A stretch of 64,000 bases of DNA from Bdellovibrionales bacterium (GTDB lineage Bacteria; Bdellovibrionota; Bdellovibrionia; Bdellovibrionales; UBA1609): positions 28,243 to 92,242 of the forward strand of contig JAHBUX010000008.1 of assembly GCA_019637855.1 (NCBI GenBank). Direction: 5' to 3'. The notes under the pieces were generated by a model, which saw only the letters and a list, made by a program, of their open reading frames with translations, did no database searches and was not told the DNA's origin. Of this stretch, positions 37,443 to 45,243 are shown one piece after another. Made by a program: the position numbers and the translations under genes. Position 1 is the stretch's first letter; the number at the start of each line of letters is the position of its first letter.

Positions 37443-38780
37443 CTAGTCTACTTTATAAGAGAACCACAAGTCGAAGATCAGGTCGATCGAGCCGTCGATG
37501 CGTCCCACGATGGACTTCATCAAGGTTTGGTTGCCGTACTGGTCGGTCTCTGCAAACTCTGTGGAGAAATCTAAATCGATGTAAGAGATGCCGGCTTGGC
37601 GCAAGCTGATTAACTCGTGGGCTTGAGCGATGCCGTCGTGGTTGCGGTCCATCCACACTCTTAGTCGTGAATAGACAGCGTCACGTTGATCGATAAAGCC
37701 ATCGGCCTTGCCGGACTGGAAGCGTCCGTCTTCAGTGGTGCCATCGTACTTAGCCAGAGCGGCGTAACCGTCGGCGGCGAACTTCTGATCCGGTCCCAGT
37801 GTTGCGTTACCAAAGAGTTGATCGATGCCGCGTACGCGTCCACGTGCATCCGGCAGGGCGAGCATGCCGTATTCGTGGTTGGTGAACCAGGAGATGCGAA
37901 CCGGTCTGTGGTCGTTCTTGGCGCCAAGTATATCGAACATCACACCGTCTTCTTGCGAGCTCAGGGCGATAGGCAGAGGACGGGTCGGATCTGAGTTCAC
38001 ATGGATGACGAGCGGTGAAGTCTTGTTGTCACACAGGGCGTCCGCAACTTCAGACGCAACAGAGGTGTCTTGGTTGGCGGCGTAGACGATGTTCATCGAA
38101 CCAAATGCGCTTCTGTACGATGCGTTGGCAAAATCAAGGTTGACCACAGAGCCACTGGCAGGTTTGGCCGAAGGGCAAATCTTGGCGAGGTCTGCGTAGG
38201 TGACACCCTTTTTGTAGATCATCGATTTGATTGTGCTCGTGTTGCTCGTGCAGGCCTGATCATTCACAGAGAGAGTCATCGCGAGACCCTCGGCGAAGGC
38301 ACGTTTCAAGCTGGTTTTCGATTTAACATAGGCATCCGAGCAGGTGAGTACGAAAGCGACGCCATCACCGCCGGGTTCAGCCAATTCGGTTTTGGGTGGC
38401 GGGATCACAGTGCGTGGATCTGTCACCACTCCGCTGGCGCTGTCTCCGCTCGAAGGTTGATTCACCGAACCACCGGCGTTGCCACCGTTGGACGGTTGAT
38501 TGATGACTCCACCGCTGCCGCCGTTGTTGCTGCCATTTGAAGGTTGATTGATGACTCCGCCAGCGCCACTGTTGCCTGATCCGGGCTGTCTGATCACGCC
38601 ACCGGCGTTGTCTTCGACGCCAGGTTGCTTGATGACTCCGTTAGCTGCGTCGTCGGCCTGACTGCTGCTCATCACAGAGGTCTTGGCTAGAAATTGGCTT
38701 TTGCTGGAGAACTTGGTTGCGGAGCATGCGGATAAGGCCGCTGCCCCAAATAAAAGCAGAACTACACGCTGTACGTTCAC
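37443..38780 (-). CDS. lipoprotein paralogue 1: Gly-rich G-G-V-I-x-Q-P repeat linker + EF-hand-like C-terminal domain
   Basis: GTG at 38780 lies 5-6 nt after GGGGGA. Lipobox ALSAC. Repeats GGVI[KRN]QP[GS]. The C-terminus has a canonical 12-residue EF-hand loop DRNHDGIAQAHE within an FDILG...LFGNAT...DGFIDQRD..RVW.DRNHDG pattern. Confidence 0.7.
   Translation of the reverse strand: MNVQRVVLLLFGAAALSACSATKFSSKSQFLAKTSVMSSSQADDAANGVIKQPGVEDNAGGVIRQPGSGNSGAGGVINQPSNGSNNGGSGGVINQPSNGGNAGGSVNQPSSGDSASGVVTDPRTVIPPPKTELAEPGGDGVAFVLTCSDAYVKSKTSLKRAFAEGLAMTLSVNDQACTSNTSTIKSMIYKKGVTYADLAKICPSAKPASGSVVNLDFANASYRSAFGSMNIVYAANQDTSVASEVADALCDNKTSPLVIHVNSDPTRPLPIALSSQEDGVMFDILGAKNDHRPVRISWFTNHEYGMLALPDARGRVRGIDQLFGNATLGPDQKFAADGYAALAKYDGTTEDGRFQSGKADGFIDQRDAVYSRLRVWMDRNHDGIAQAHELISLRQAGISYIDLDFSTEFAETDQYGNQTLMKSIVGRIDGSIDLIFDLWFSYKVD
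38454..38642 (-). repeat. in-frame imperfect tandem repeat encoding the Gly-rich QP linker
   Basis: The DNA unit GGTTGATTGATGACTCC[A/G]CC recurs. It encodes NGVIKQPG / GGVIRQPG / GGVINQPSNG x2 / GGSVNQPS. Confidence 0.8.
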
Positions 38781-38970
38781 GATATCCCCCACGGTTCGTT
38801 TCGTTGTGTGTTTGTGAGAATCGGAGCAACGTCCAGCGAATGGCTCTCTTGAATAGATTAAGCGCAGTGCGTCGGAAGGTAAAATAGAAACTTGAGGAAT
38901 TACGATTTTGTGAAGGTGATTTTATTAAAAGTGCAGTGGATACAGGGGGTTATTTATTAAAAAATGGGAA

Positions 38971-38983
38971 TCTCAAATTGAGA
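38971..38983. promoter_or_regulatory. palindrome TCTCA-AAT-TGAGA upstream of paralogue 1 (conserved with 40769-40781)
   Basis: The same 5+3+5 palindrome lies at an equivalent distance (about 185-190 nt) upstream of both paralogue starts. Both copies are followed by AAAT[T/A]TGTGAA. Confidence 0.4.
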
Positions 38984-39322
38984 ACAGTGAAATTGTGAAT
39001 AGCTGGCCCCTCGCCGTGCAGATTTCGCAGCCCAACAGTTTCTGCGAATGGTTGCTCTCCACGGGCGGAGGAATGCTCAAGTCTGCCTATCTTGTTCCAT
39101 AGAATCTTGGCTATCCGAAACTCGGTCACTGGTCCGGCTGGCCGTCCCTTTCTGCAGCTCTACGGCCAATGGGTTTGGAAAGTTCTGGCGTAAACGGTCG
39201 GCACAACGGTGTCTGTTTGTGACTGTAGAAGGTGCTTTTTTCGGTGCAGATTATCTGCACGAAAAGGGGCCAGCTTTAGATGGTTCGTGCGAGAAGATGC
39301 GCAGCACTTTTTCGAGACTCGC

Positions 39323-39344
39323 GCGCGAGGGTTCGCCCTCGCGC
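39323..39344 (-). terminator. GC-rich hairpin after lipoprotein paralogue 2 (no U-tract)
   Basis: GCGCGAGGG-ttcg-CCCTCGCGC starts 13 nt after the stop at 39358. It is homologous to the stem of the 37374-37408 terminator and shares the flank CCTCGCGCTTCGAA. Confidence 0.4.
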
Positions 39345-39357
39345 TTCGAAAGTAGGC

Positions 39358-40584
39358 CTAGTTCAAGTCGATCTTGAACCACAAGTCGAAGATCAGATCC
39401 ATGGAGCCGTCGCTGCGGCCGACGACTGATTTCATCAGCGTCTCGTTGCCGTGCTTGTCGGTTTCTGCGAATTCGGTGGAGTAGCTTAAGTCGATGTAAG
39501 TGATTCCCGAGGCGCGGAGACTCTTAAGCTCATGCGGTTGAGCGATGCCGTCATGGTTGCGATCGACCCACACACGTAGGCGTGAATAAACAGCGTCACG
39601 CTGATCGATAAAGCCATCGGCCTTACCGGATTGAAAGCGGCCGTCTTCCGTCGTGCCGTCGTATTTGGCGAGAGCGGCGTAGCCGTCGTCGGCCGACTTG
39701 TTATCGGGTCCAATTGTAGCGTTACCAAAGAGTTCATTGATGTTGCGCACGCGTCCTGCAGAATCCGGAAGTGCGAGCAAACCGTATTCGTTGTTGGTAA
39801 ACCAGGAGATGCGAACAGGCATGTTGTTACCTAAGATGTCGAACGTCACGCCGTCTTCAGGCGCGCTCAGCGCGATAGGCAGAGGGCGGGTCGGATCGGA
39901 GTTCAGATGAATGACCAGAGGTGAAGTTTTCTCCGCGCACAAGTCGTCGGCTACTTCGCTCGCGGGCGAAGTTCCTTTGTTCATCGCATAGGCAACATAA
40001 ATTCGGTCGCCGTATGAGGGGAACGTGGAATTGCCAAGCTTTAATGCCACGGAAGCATTGGGTGACATAGCATTCAGAGAAGGGCAAATCTTGGCCATCT
40101 CTCCGAAGGTGATGATGTCTTTCTTGGTCACGAGATCCTTGATTACGCTTGCGTTGCTTGTGCAGACTTTATTGTTTATGAGCAGGCTCATGGGAAGATT
40201 CTGAGCCACGGCCCGCTTGAAAGTTGTCTCAGTTGATGAAAGGGCGTCCGAACACATGCGTGTGAGATTGATGCCATCATTCAGAGTGTAGTGCACAGGC
40301 TCTTCTTCGTTAATGGGTTGCGAGACGTTGCCGCCCGCTCCGTCACTACCGGGTTGCGAGATGTTGCCGCCAGTGCCGTCACTGCCAGGCTGCTTAATCA
40401 CTCCGCCACTATCTTCGTCTGTCGAAGGCTGATTGACTTGCCCGTTGTATTCGTCGCCTGCGTTGCGTGAGGCGAAAACGGAGGTCTTTGCTAGAACTGC
40501 CGATTTGGTTGAAAACTTTGTTGGGGAGCAGGCGGCCATAGCCACTGTCCCAAGTAGAATGAAAACAATTTGCTTTACGTTCAC
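39358..40584 (-). CDS. lipoprotein paralogue 2 (shorter repeat linker, same EF-hand-like C-terminal domain)
   Basis: GTG at 40584 after GGGGGA. Lipobox AMAAC. Repeats GGVIKQPGSDGTGGNISQPGSDGAGGNVSQP. The C-terminal 165 aa or so are highly similar to paralogue 1, including a 40-aa identical run. Confidence 0.7.
   Translation of the reverse strand: MNVKQIVFILLGTVAMAACSPTKFSTKSAVLAKTSVFASRNAGDEYNGQVNQPSTDEDSGGVIKQPGSDGTGGNISQPGSDGAGGNVSQPINEEEPVHYTLNDGINLTRMCSDALSSTETTFKRAVAQNLPMSLLINNKVCTSNASVIKDLVTKKDIITFGEMAKICPSLNAMSPNASVALKLGNSTFPSYGDRIYVAYAMNKGTSPASEVADDLCAEKTSPLVIHLNSDPTRPLPIALSAPEDGVTFDILGNNMPVRISWFTNNEYGLLALPDSAGRVRNINELFGNATIGPDNKSADDGYAALAKYDGTTEDGRFQSGKADGFIDQRDAVYSRLRVWVDRNHDGIAQPHELKSLRASGITYIDLSYSTEFAETDKHGNETLMKSVVGRSDGSMDLIFDLWFKIDLN
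40315..40446 (-). repeat. in-frame Gly-rich QP repeat region of paralogue 2
   Basis: Encodes NGQVNQPS..GGVIKQPGSDGTGGNISQPGSDGAGGNVSQP. It has fewer units than paralogue 1. Confidence 0.7.
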
Positions 40585-40768
40585 AAAATCCCCCACGGTC
40601 ACAATTAAATGCTTGTGAGATCTGTCTAACGTCCAGCGATTGCTCTCTACTTAAGATTAAGGCGATTGCGAATGTGGGTAAATGAGAAAGTTTTAGATTG
40701 TGAAGATTTATAGATCGAGCGCAGAAAAATAGAACAACAACAGTGGTTTAACACGGCCAAGAATTAAG

Positions 40769-40781
40769 TCTCAAACTGAGA
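40769..40781. promoter_or_regulatory. palindrome TCTCA-AAC-TGAGA in the divergent region between paralogue 2 and the DUF4214 gene
   Basis: Counterpart of 38971-38983. It also lies about 120 nt upstream of the sigma-54 promoter candidate at 40898, a position compatible with an activator site. Confidence 0.4.
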
Positions 40782-40897
40782 CCTTAAAATATGTGAAGAC
40801 GAGCGCACGTGGTGTTAGCCCTAACTACAAATGTTGAAAGGTAAGCCGCTACCGAAGAGCGAATTCACGATGTCTTCAACTGTGGTACTTGTGAGCG

Positions 40898-40913
40898 TGG
40901 AATGCCCCTTGCT
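40898..40913 (+). promoter_or_regulatory. sigma-54 (-24/-12) promoter candidate for the DUF4214-repeat protein gene
   Basis: TGGAAT-GCCCC-TTGCT has exact GG-N10-GC spacing. It ends 26 nt before the GTG start at 40940, which has a GGGGG SD. Confidence 0.45.
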
Positions 40914-40939
40914 TCTCCTTTAGAGCTCGGGGGTTAATC

Positions 40940-42271
40940 GTGATAAGGAAATATAGCTTCTCTGTTTTTATTCTTTCATTTTTCACTGTCTCAGCTTGGG
41001 CCACGGATCCGCATATCACCGATGATCTCACGATCAGCAAAACGGTGCTGGGTTCTCCTTTATCAATACGCTCGGCAGATCAGTTCGCCGGCGCCATCGA
41101 CTCTCTAATATGGAAGGGCGTAGAGTTCATCAACCGTTACGACCATGGCCGCCAGCTGCAATCGGCTTCCTCATTTGATGGTTTGGGAGAATGTTTCAAC
41201 CCCACAGAGGCGGGCCGTTCCGCCGACCAGCGGAGCGTGGACAGCACGAGCGTGCTTCTGCGCCGGACTGCCACAGGCAATTATCTTGAGACGACCTCAC
41301 AAATGGCTTTTTGGTTGCGTCCCAATCAAAGCTATCCCAATAAATGTGGGTCGACCAATTTGGTCGTGTCTCAAAATACGACAGCTCTGTCCGATCACCG
41401 TCTGACCAAACGTGTGGCCATTGGCTATAAGGAGTTTGAAAACGTCATCGACTATCAAGTCACCTACCATGTTCCGGAGGCGCGTAAATCGGCCACGTTT
41501 GAGGCTTTGACGGGCTATATGCCTCCGACCTTTTCAGTGTTTTCAATTTACAATACAAAGACAGACAAAGTGGAGGCGTTGAGCGATGGCCCGGGTGAAC
41601 AGGCTCATCCCGTGATTCTATCCACATCCGATGGCTCTGCGGCCATGGCTGTGATCTCGCCTCTGAAGGCGGGCTATGGTCGTTGGCGGTTCGTGAAAGT
41701 CCTGGGACCGACCAACAAATGGAACTGTGTTTTTCGTGAGACCAGTTTAAAGGCTGGCGACTTCACCTATAAATGCTTGGTCGTGGTGGGCAGCTTGGCG
41801 CAGGTTACGGATACCGTGCGTGCGCTCTCAAAACGTTTCCAGAAAACTCCCGATCTTTCCACGCCCGTAGCGGGAGCAAGTGACATCGCTCCGGTCTATA
41901 GTTCTTCTGCCGAAGCTCGTGCCTTTAAAGGTCGTGAGCAATATGTGGAGATGTTGTATCGCTCGTTTTTAGGACGCCCGTCGGAGCCGGCCGGTCGTGC
42001 TTGGCATGTGGATGTCATCAAGTCCTGGGGCTGCGCGACGGATGTGCGGATATTCGCTGATTCACCGGAGTTCAATGCCTATCGTGCGGCGAGCGATTTG
42101 ATCTATGTGACCGCGCTCTACAATGCGACTTTGTTCCGCGCGCCGGATACAGAGGGATTGAACTTTCACTTAGACCTGCTTCGTCGCAAACTGATCACGC
42201 GCGATAGGATGCTGGAAGACTTCCTGGCCAGCCGCGAATTCACTCAGACGTGCAAGAAGTATAACTTTTAG
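40940..42271 (+). CDS. secreted protein: unknown N-terminal domain + two C-terminal DUF4214-like repeats
   Basis: Signal peptide MIRKYSFSVFILSFFTVSAWA. The C-terminus carries two copies of the DUF4214-type pattern (YRSFLGRPSEPAGRAWHVD...SPEF and LYNATLFRAPDTEGLNFHLD...SREF). Confidence 0.6.
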   Translation: MIRKYSFSVFILSFFTVSAWATDPHITDDLTISKTVLGSPLSIRSADQFAGAIDSLIWKGVEFINRYDHGRQLQSASSFDGLGECFNPTEAGRSADQRSVDSTSVLLRRTATGNYLETTSQMAFWLRPNQSYPNKCGSTNLVVSQNTTALSDHRLTKRVAIGYKEFENVIDYQVTYHVPEARKSATFEALTGYMPPTFSVFSIYNTKTDKVEALSDGPGEQAHPVILSTSDGSAAMAVISPLKAGYGRWRFVKVLGPTNKWNCVFRETSLKAGDFTYKCLVVVGSLAQVTDTVRALSKRFQKTPDLSTPVAGASDIAPVYSSSAEARAFKGREQYVEMLYRSFLGRPSEPAGRAWHVDVIKSWGCATDVRIFADSPEFNAYRAASDLIYVTALYNATLFRAPDTEGLNFHLDLLRRKLITRDRMLEDFLASREFTQTCKKYNF

Positions 42272-42843
42272 TCCTTCAGGCAAGCCGCGCTGGTCTGCAA
42301 AAGCCGACTGGCGCGTTGAACAGCAGTGACATTTTGATAAAAGGCCGCCCATTTCTGGGCCGGCTGGTCATTGTTGCTGCTGTTGCACAGGGGGTACTTG
42401 TACTCGTTACCCACCATCGCATCGCTGGTGGTGAAACCAAAGTTCTTTAAGCTGCTGGCATTGTCGATCACCGGTTGATTGACTTTGGCAACGGCTGGCA
42501 GGGTCTGCGCTACTGCGCGCGTGAAGCTGTCCACTCTTCCATTTTGCAGGTCAGCTAGTGTGGAACCGATGCCATCTTCGGCAATGCGGTATTGGGCGGT
42601 GAGCGCTTTTAAAGTCTTGTTGGTTTGCGCAATGTATTCCGAACGTTCGGGATTGAAACACTTCTCGACATTGGCGTCGACTGCGGGTGCTAACGCCAGG
42701 GCTCCGCGGACACCGGTGAGGAAACTGCTCGAGGCTTTCTCGGCGCCACAAGAGTCGGCGGCGGCGGCGCTAAATGAAAATGAAATGCTACAGGTGAAAA
42801 TACCAAGGATGAGATGCGATGGAGTGAAGAAATGTTTTTTCAA
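42268..42843 (-). CDS. hypothetical secreted protein
   Basis: TTG start with a signal-like N-terminus (ILGIFTCSISFSFSAAAA). Four Cys. No family recognised. Convergent with the previous gene, with a 4-nt overlap. Confidence 0.45.
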   Translation of the reverse strand: MKKHFFTPSHLILGIFTCSISFSFSAAAADSCGAEKASSSFLTGVRGALALAPAVDANVEKCFNPERSEYIAQTNKTLKALTAQYRIAEDGIGSTLADLQNGRVDSFTRAVAQTLPAVAKVNQPVIDNASSLKNFGFTTSDAMVGNEYKYPLCNSSNNDQPAQKWAAFYQNVTAVQRASRLLQTSAACLKD

Positions 42844-43023
42844 TGAGAGCCCTTTCCAATTTGGCGTGTGCGTTTATCTAGTGGCAAAGCGTGTAGGTTT
42901 TCAAACCTATCGACGTCTATTGAATTTTATATGTGTCATTTTGTCTATACTCTATGCGAACTCGCGGCGGTGCAGCTGAGTGGATGCTGGTCAAACACAG
43001 GACGATAGTGTTAGCTCAGAGTC

Positions 43024-44835
43024 ATGAAACATCCTGTCTCCGCCTATTTTAATCGCATGGTTGTCTTTCCTTTTCCCGCTCTTAGTCCCGATGGCAAGCG
43101 CGTGGCGTACTTGTCTTCGGTCACTGGTTCGCCGCAGATTTGGTTGGGTTCGATGTGCAAGGGCTTGCTCGAATTCCCGCGCCCGTTGACGGCGGGTACA
43201 GAAAAGCAGCCTTACGTTTTGGGGCCAAAGATCGATTGGGCTGGGCCGGACCGTTTGGTGGCGGTGATGGATCGTCACGGCGATGAAGCCACTTTTATTG
43301 AAGTGACGAACTTGAAAACCGGCGAGCGTTACACCCTCGACGATAAGCCCGGAACGCGCTCTTCTTTTAGTCACATCGGCCGTGACAACAATACGATTTT
43401 CCTCAGCTCGAACCGCGACAATCCGGTTGCGCAGGCTCTTTACACCTTCGATATGAAAAATCGTCGGCTGGAGAAATGGTTCGAGGATAGCAAGAGTTTC
43501 AGTGCCAGCTGGCTGGGCGAGAAGACCTTCAAAGGCCATCGCCTGTTTATGCTCTACCGTGGAGCGGGTCATGTTTCGATTCATGGTATTCATCCGAAGA
43601 CCAAAAAGGTTATCGATGTTTTTCACAAAGAAGACGGCATTTTTATTCCGGTGGGTGAGTGGCGCAAAGGCAAGTGGTTGGTGGTCAGCGATCAAGGCCG
43701 TCAATTCTCGGGTCTGGCGATCTACGATTTTAAGACCGGAGAGTTCAAGTGGCTTGGCCGCGATCAGTGGGATGTGGAGTTCGCCGATGTTTCGCCGGAC
43801 AAAAAGCATCTGGTGGTCAGCCGCAATGTGGCCGGTCGCAGTGAAGTCGAAATTTTGACCTGGCCGGCGTTGAAAAAGCTTGCGCTTAAAGTGCCGAAGG
43901 ATGGCGTGATCGATGGTTTGAGTTTCAGCAAGAATGGTAAAGAGGCTGTATTTAGCATGCAGTCTCCGACCGAGACGCGAAACCTCTATCACCTGGACCT
44001 GCGTTCGCGCAAAGTGCGACCGTTGACCGACACCTGGACATCGCCGGTTCCGCATGCGGCTTTGGTAAAGCCTGAGTTGGTGAAGTACGAATCGAACGGC
44101 AAATCGATCCACGCATGGTTTTATCGGCCGAAGGGCGCCAAGAAAGACGCTTCGCTGCCGGTGATTGTGTGGCCGCATGGGGGGCCGCAGTTTCAAGAGC
44201 GCGCCTCCATTCGCCCGATCTTTCAGTACTTCGTTGCGCGTGGTTTTGCGGTTTGGGCGCCGAACCCTTCGGGTTCAACCGGTTATGGCAAGGACTTCAT
44301 GCGTGCCATCGAGGGGCAGTGGGGCACGGCCGATTTGCCTGATATGCAAAATGGAATTGCGTGGCTGAAGAGCAGCGGTTGGATCGATGAGAAGCGTATC
44401 GCCATCATGGGCGGCTCTTACGGAGGTTATATGACCTTGCGTTCGATCACTCGTTTGCCTGAGGTGTTCAAGGTGGCAGTGGATATTTTTGGCCCCTCCA
44501 ACTTACTCACCTTCGCAAAGTCCGTCCCTCCAGATTGGACACCGTATATGGATCAGCTTCTAGGCAATCCGGAGCGCGACAAAGAGAAACTGATGGAACA
44601 ATCGCCGATCTTCTCTTTGGACAAAATTCGCTGTCCGCTATTGGTGATCCAAGGCGCGAAAGACCCGCGCGTCGTGCAGGCCGAATCGGACCAGATCGTG
44701 GAGGCGTTGAAGAAACGTGGTCACCCTGTCGATTATATTGTGTTCGAGGATGAGGGCCACGGTTTCTTCAAATTGGAGAATGAGCTGAAGGCGTACACAG
44801 CGGCGGCGGATTTTCTTGAGAAGTATCTGGGGTGA
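43024..44835 (+). CDS. S9-family serine peptidase (prolyl oligopeptidase / acylaminoacyl-peptidase type)
   Basis: N-terminal beta-propeller-like region. The C-terminal alpha/beta hydrolase domain has the nucleophile motif GGSYGGYM, plus later Asp and His (QGAKDPRV, FEDEGHGF). Confidence 0.85.
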   Translation: MKHPVSAYFNRMVVFPFPALSPDGKRVAYLSSVTGSPQIWLGSMCKGLLEFPRPLTAGTEKQPYVLGPKIDWAGPDRLVAVMDRHGDEATFIEVTNLKTGERYTLDDKPGTRSSFSHIGRDNNTIFLSSNRDNPVAQALYTFDMKNRRLEKWFEDSKSFSASWLGEKTFKGHRLFMLYRGAGHVSIHGIHPKTKKVIDVFHKEDGIFIPVGEWRKGKWLVVSDQGRQFSGLAIYDFKTGEFKWLGRDQWDVEFADVSPDKKHLVVSRNVAGRSEVEILTWPALKKLALKVPKDGVIDGLSFSKNGKEAVFSMQSPTETRNLYHLDLRSRKVRPLTDTWTSPVPHAALVKPELVKYESNGKSIHAWFYRPKGAKKDASLPVIVWPHGGPQFQERASIRPIFQYFVARGFAVWAPNPSGSTGYGKDFMRAIEGQWGTADLPDMQNGIAWLKSSGWIDEKRIAIMGGSYGGYMTLRSITRLPEVFKVAVDIFGPSNLLTFAKSVPPDWTPYMDQLLGNPERDKEKLMEQSPIFSLDKIRCPLLVIQGAKDPRVVQAESDQIVEALKKRGHPVDYIVFEDEGHGFFKLENELKAYTAAADFLEKYLG

Positions 44836-44881
44836 GTCCCCATTGCGGAGCGGGTGAGACTGACTTATGCACCCGCAATCA

Positions 44882-45190
44882 CTACCGCCGCACTTCCACC
44901 AATATAAAATCCGAATCGCGTAACGAGCGAGCGATGACATGTAATCCGTTCTTCTTGATTTTCAATCTTTTATAGTTGTCATCCGAGGACTTGAATAGAG
45001 CGAGCACATTCGTTTTTACGAAGTTCTCTAGGTCGTTTGCACTCACATGTGAGATGCGAATCAGCTTTCGCCCAGCCTCATTGATCTTTGAGATTTTCCC
45101 AAGCTTATGCACCAAGAATATCGGCTGATGAATCTTCTCGAGAAATACGAATCCAAAGTCGGCCAAGTTTGTTCCAAGACTGTATTTCAT
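44882..45190 (-). CDS. small stand-alone PAS-like protein (tentative)
   Basis: 102 aa with an AAGGAGAG SD. The pattern PIFLVHKLGKISKINEAGRKLIRISHVSANDL resembles a PAS core. It is the first gene of the AT-richer block. Confidence 0.35.
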   Translation of the reverse strand: MKYSLGTNLADFGFVFLEKIHQPIFLVHKLGKISKINEAGRKLIRISHVSANDLENFVKTNVLALFKSSDDNYKRLKIKKNGLHVIARSLRDSDFILVEVRR

Positions 45191-45243
45191 TACGCTCTCC
45201 TTTGGGACTCTATAACCTTGATTTCAATCTACGCTCATCGTCC

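Noticed and set aside
38454-38642. Short tandem DNA repeats that could be mistaken for a CRISPR or VNTR array
   Set aside because: The units are contiguous with no unique spacers, they are in-frame, and they encode the Gly-rich linker of a lipoprotein.
38781-38850. The conserved CGCTGGACGTT block in both paralogue leaders as a sigma-54 -24 element
   Set aside because: No TTGC lies at the required distance in either copy. It is more likely a conserved 5' UTR or other regulatory block.
39048-39377. 109-aa plus-strand ORF in the spacer between the lipoprotein paralogues
   Set aside because: It has no SD and its translation is Arg/Ser/Cys-rich. Its 3' end runs through the hairpin and into the paralogue 2 stop region. 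I treat the region as non-coding.
42991-44196. 401-aa minus-strand ORF
   Set aside because: It is antisense to the S9 peptidase gene. Its composition is Arg-rich and low in complexity, and no motif is present.
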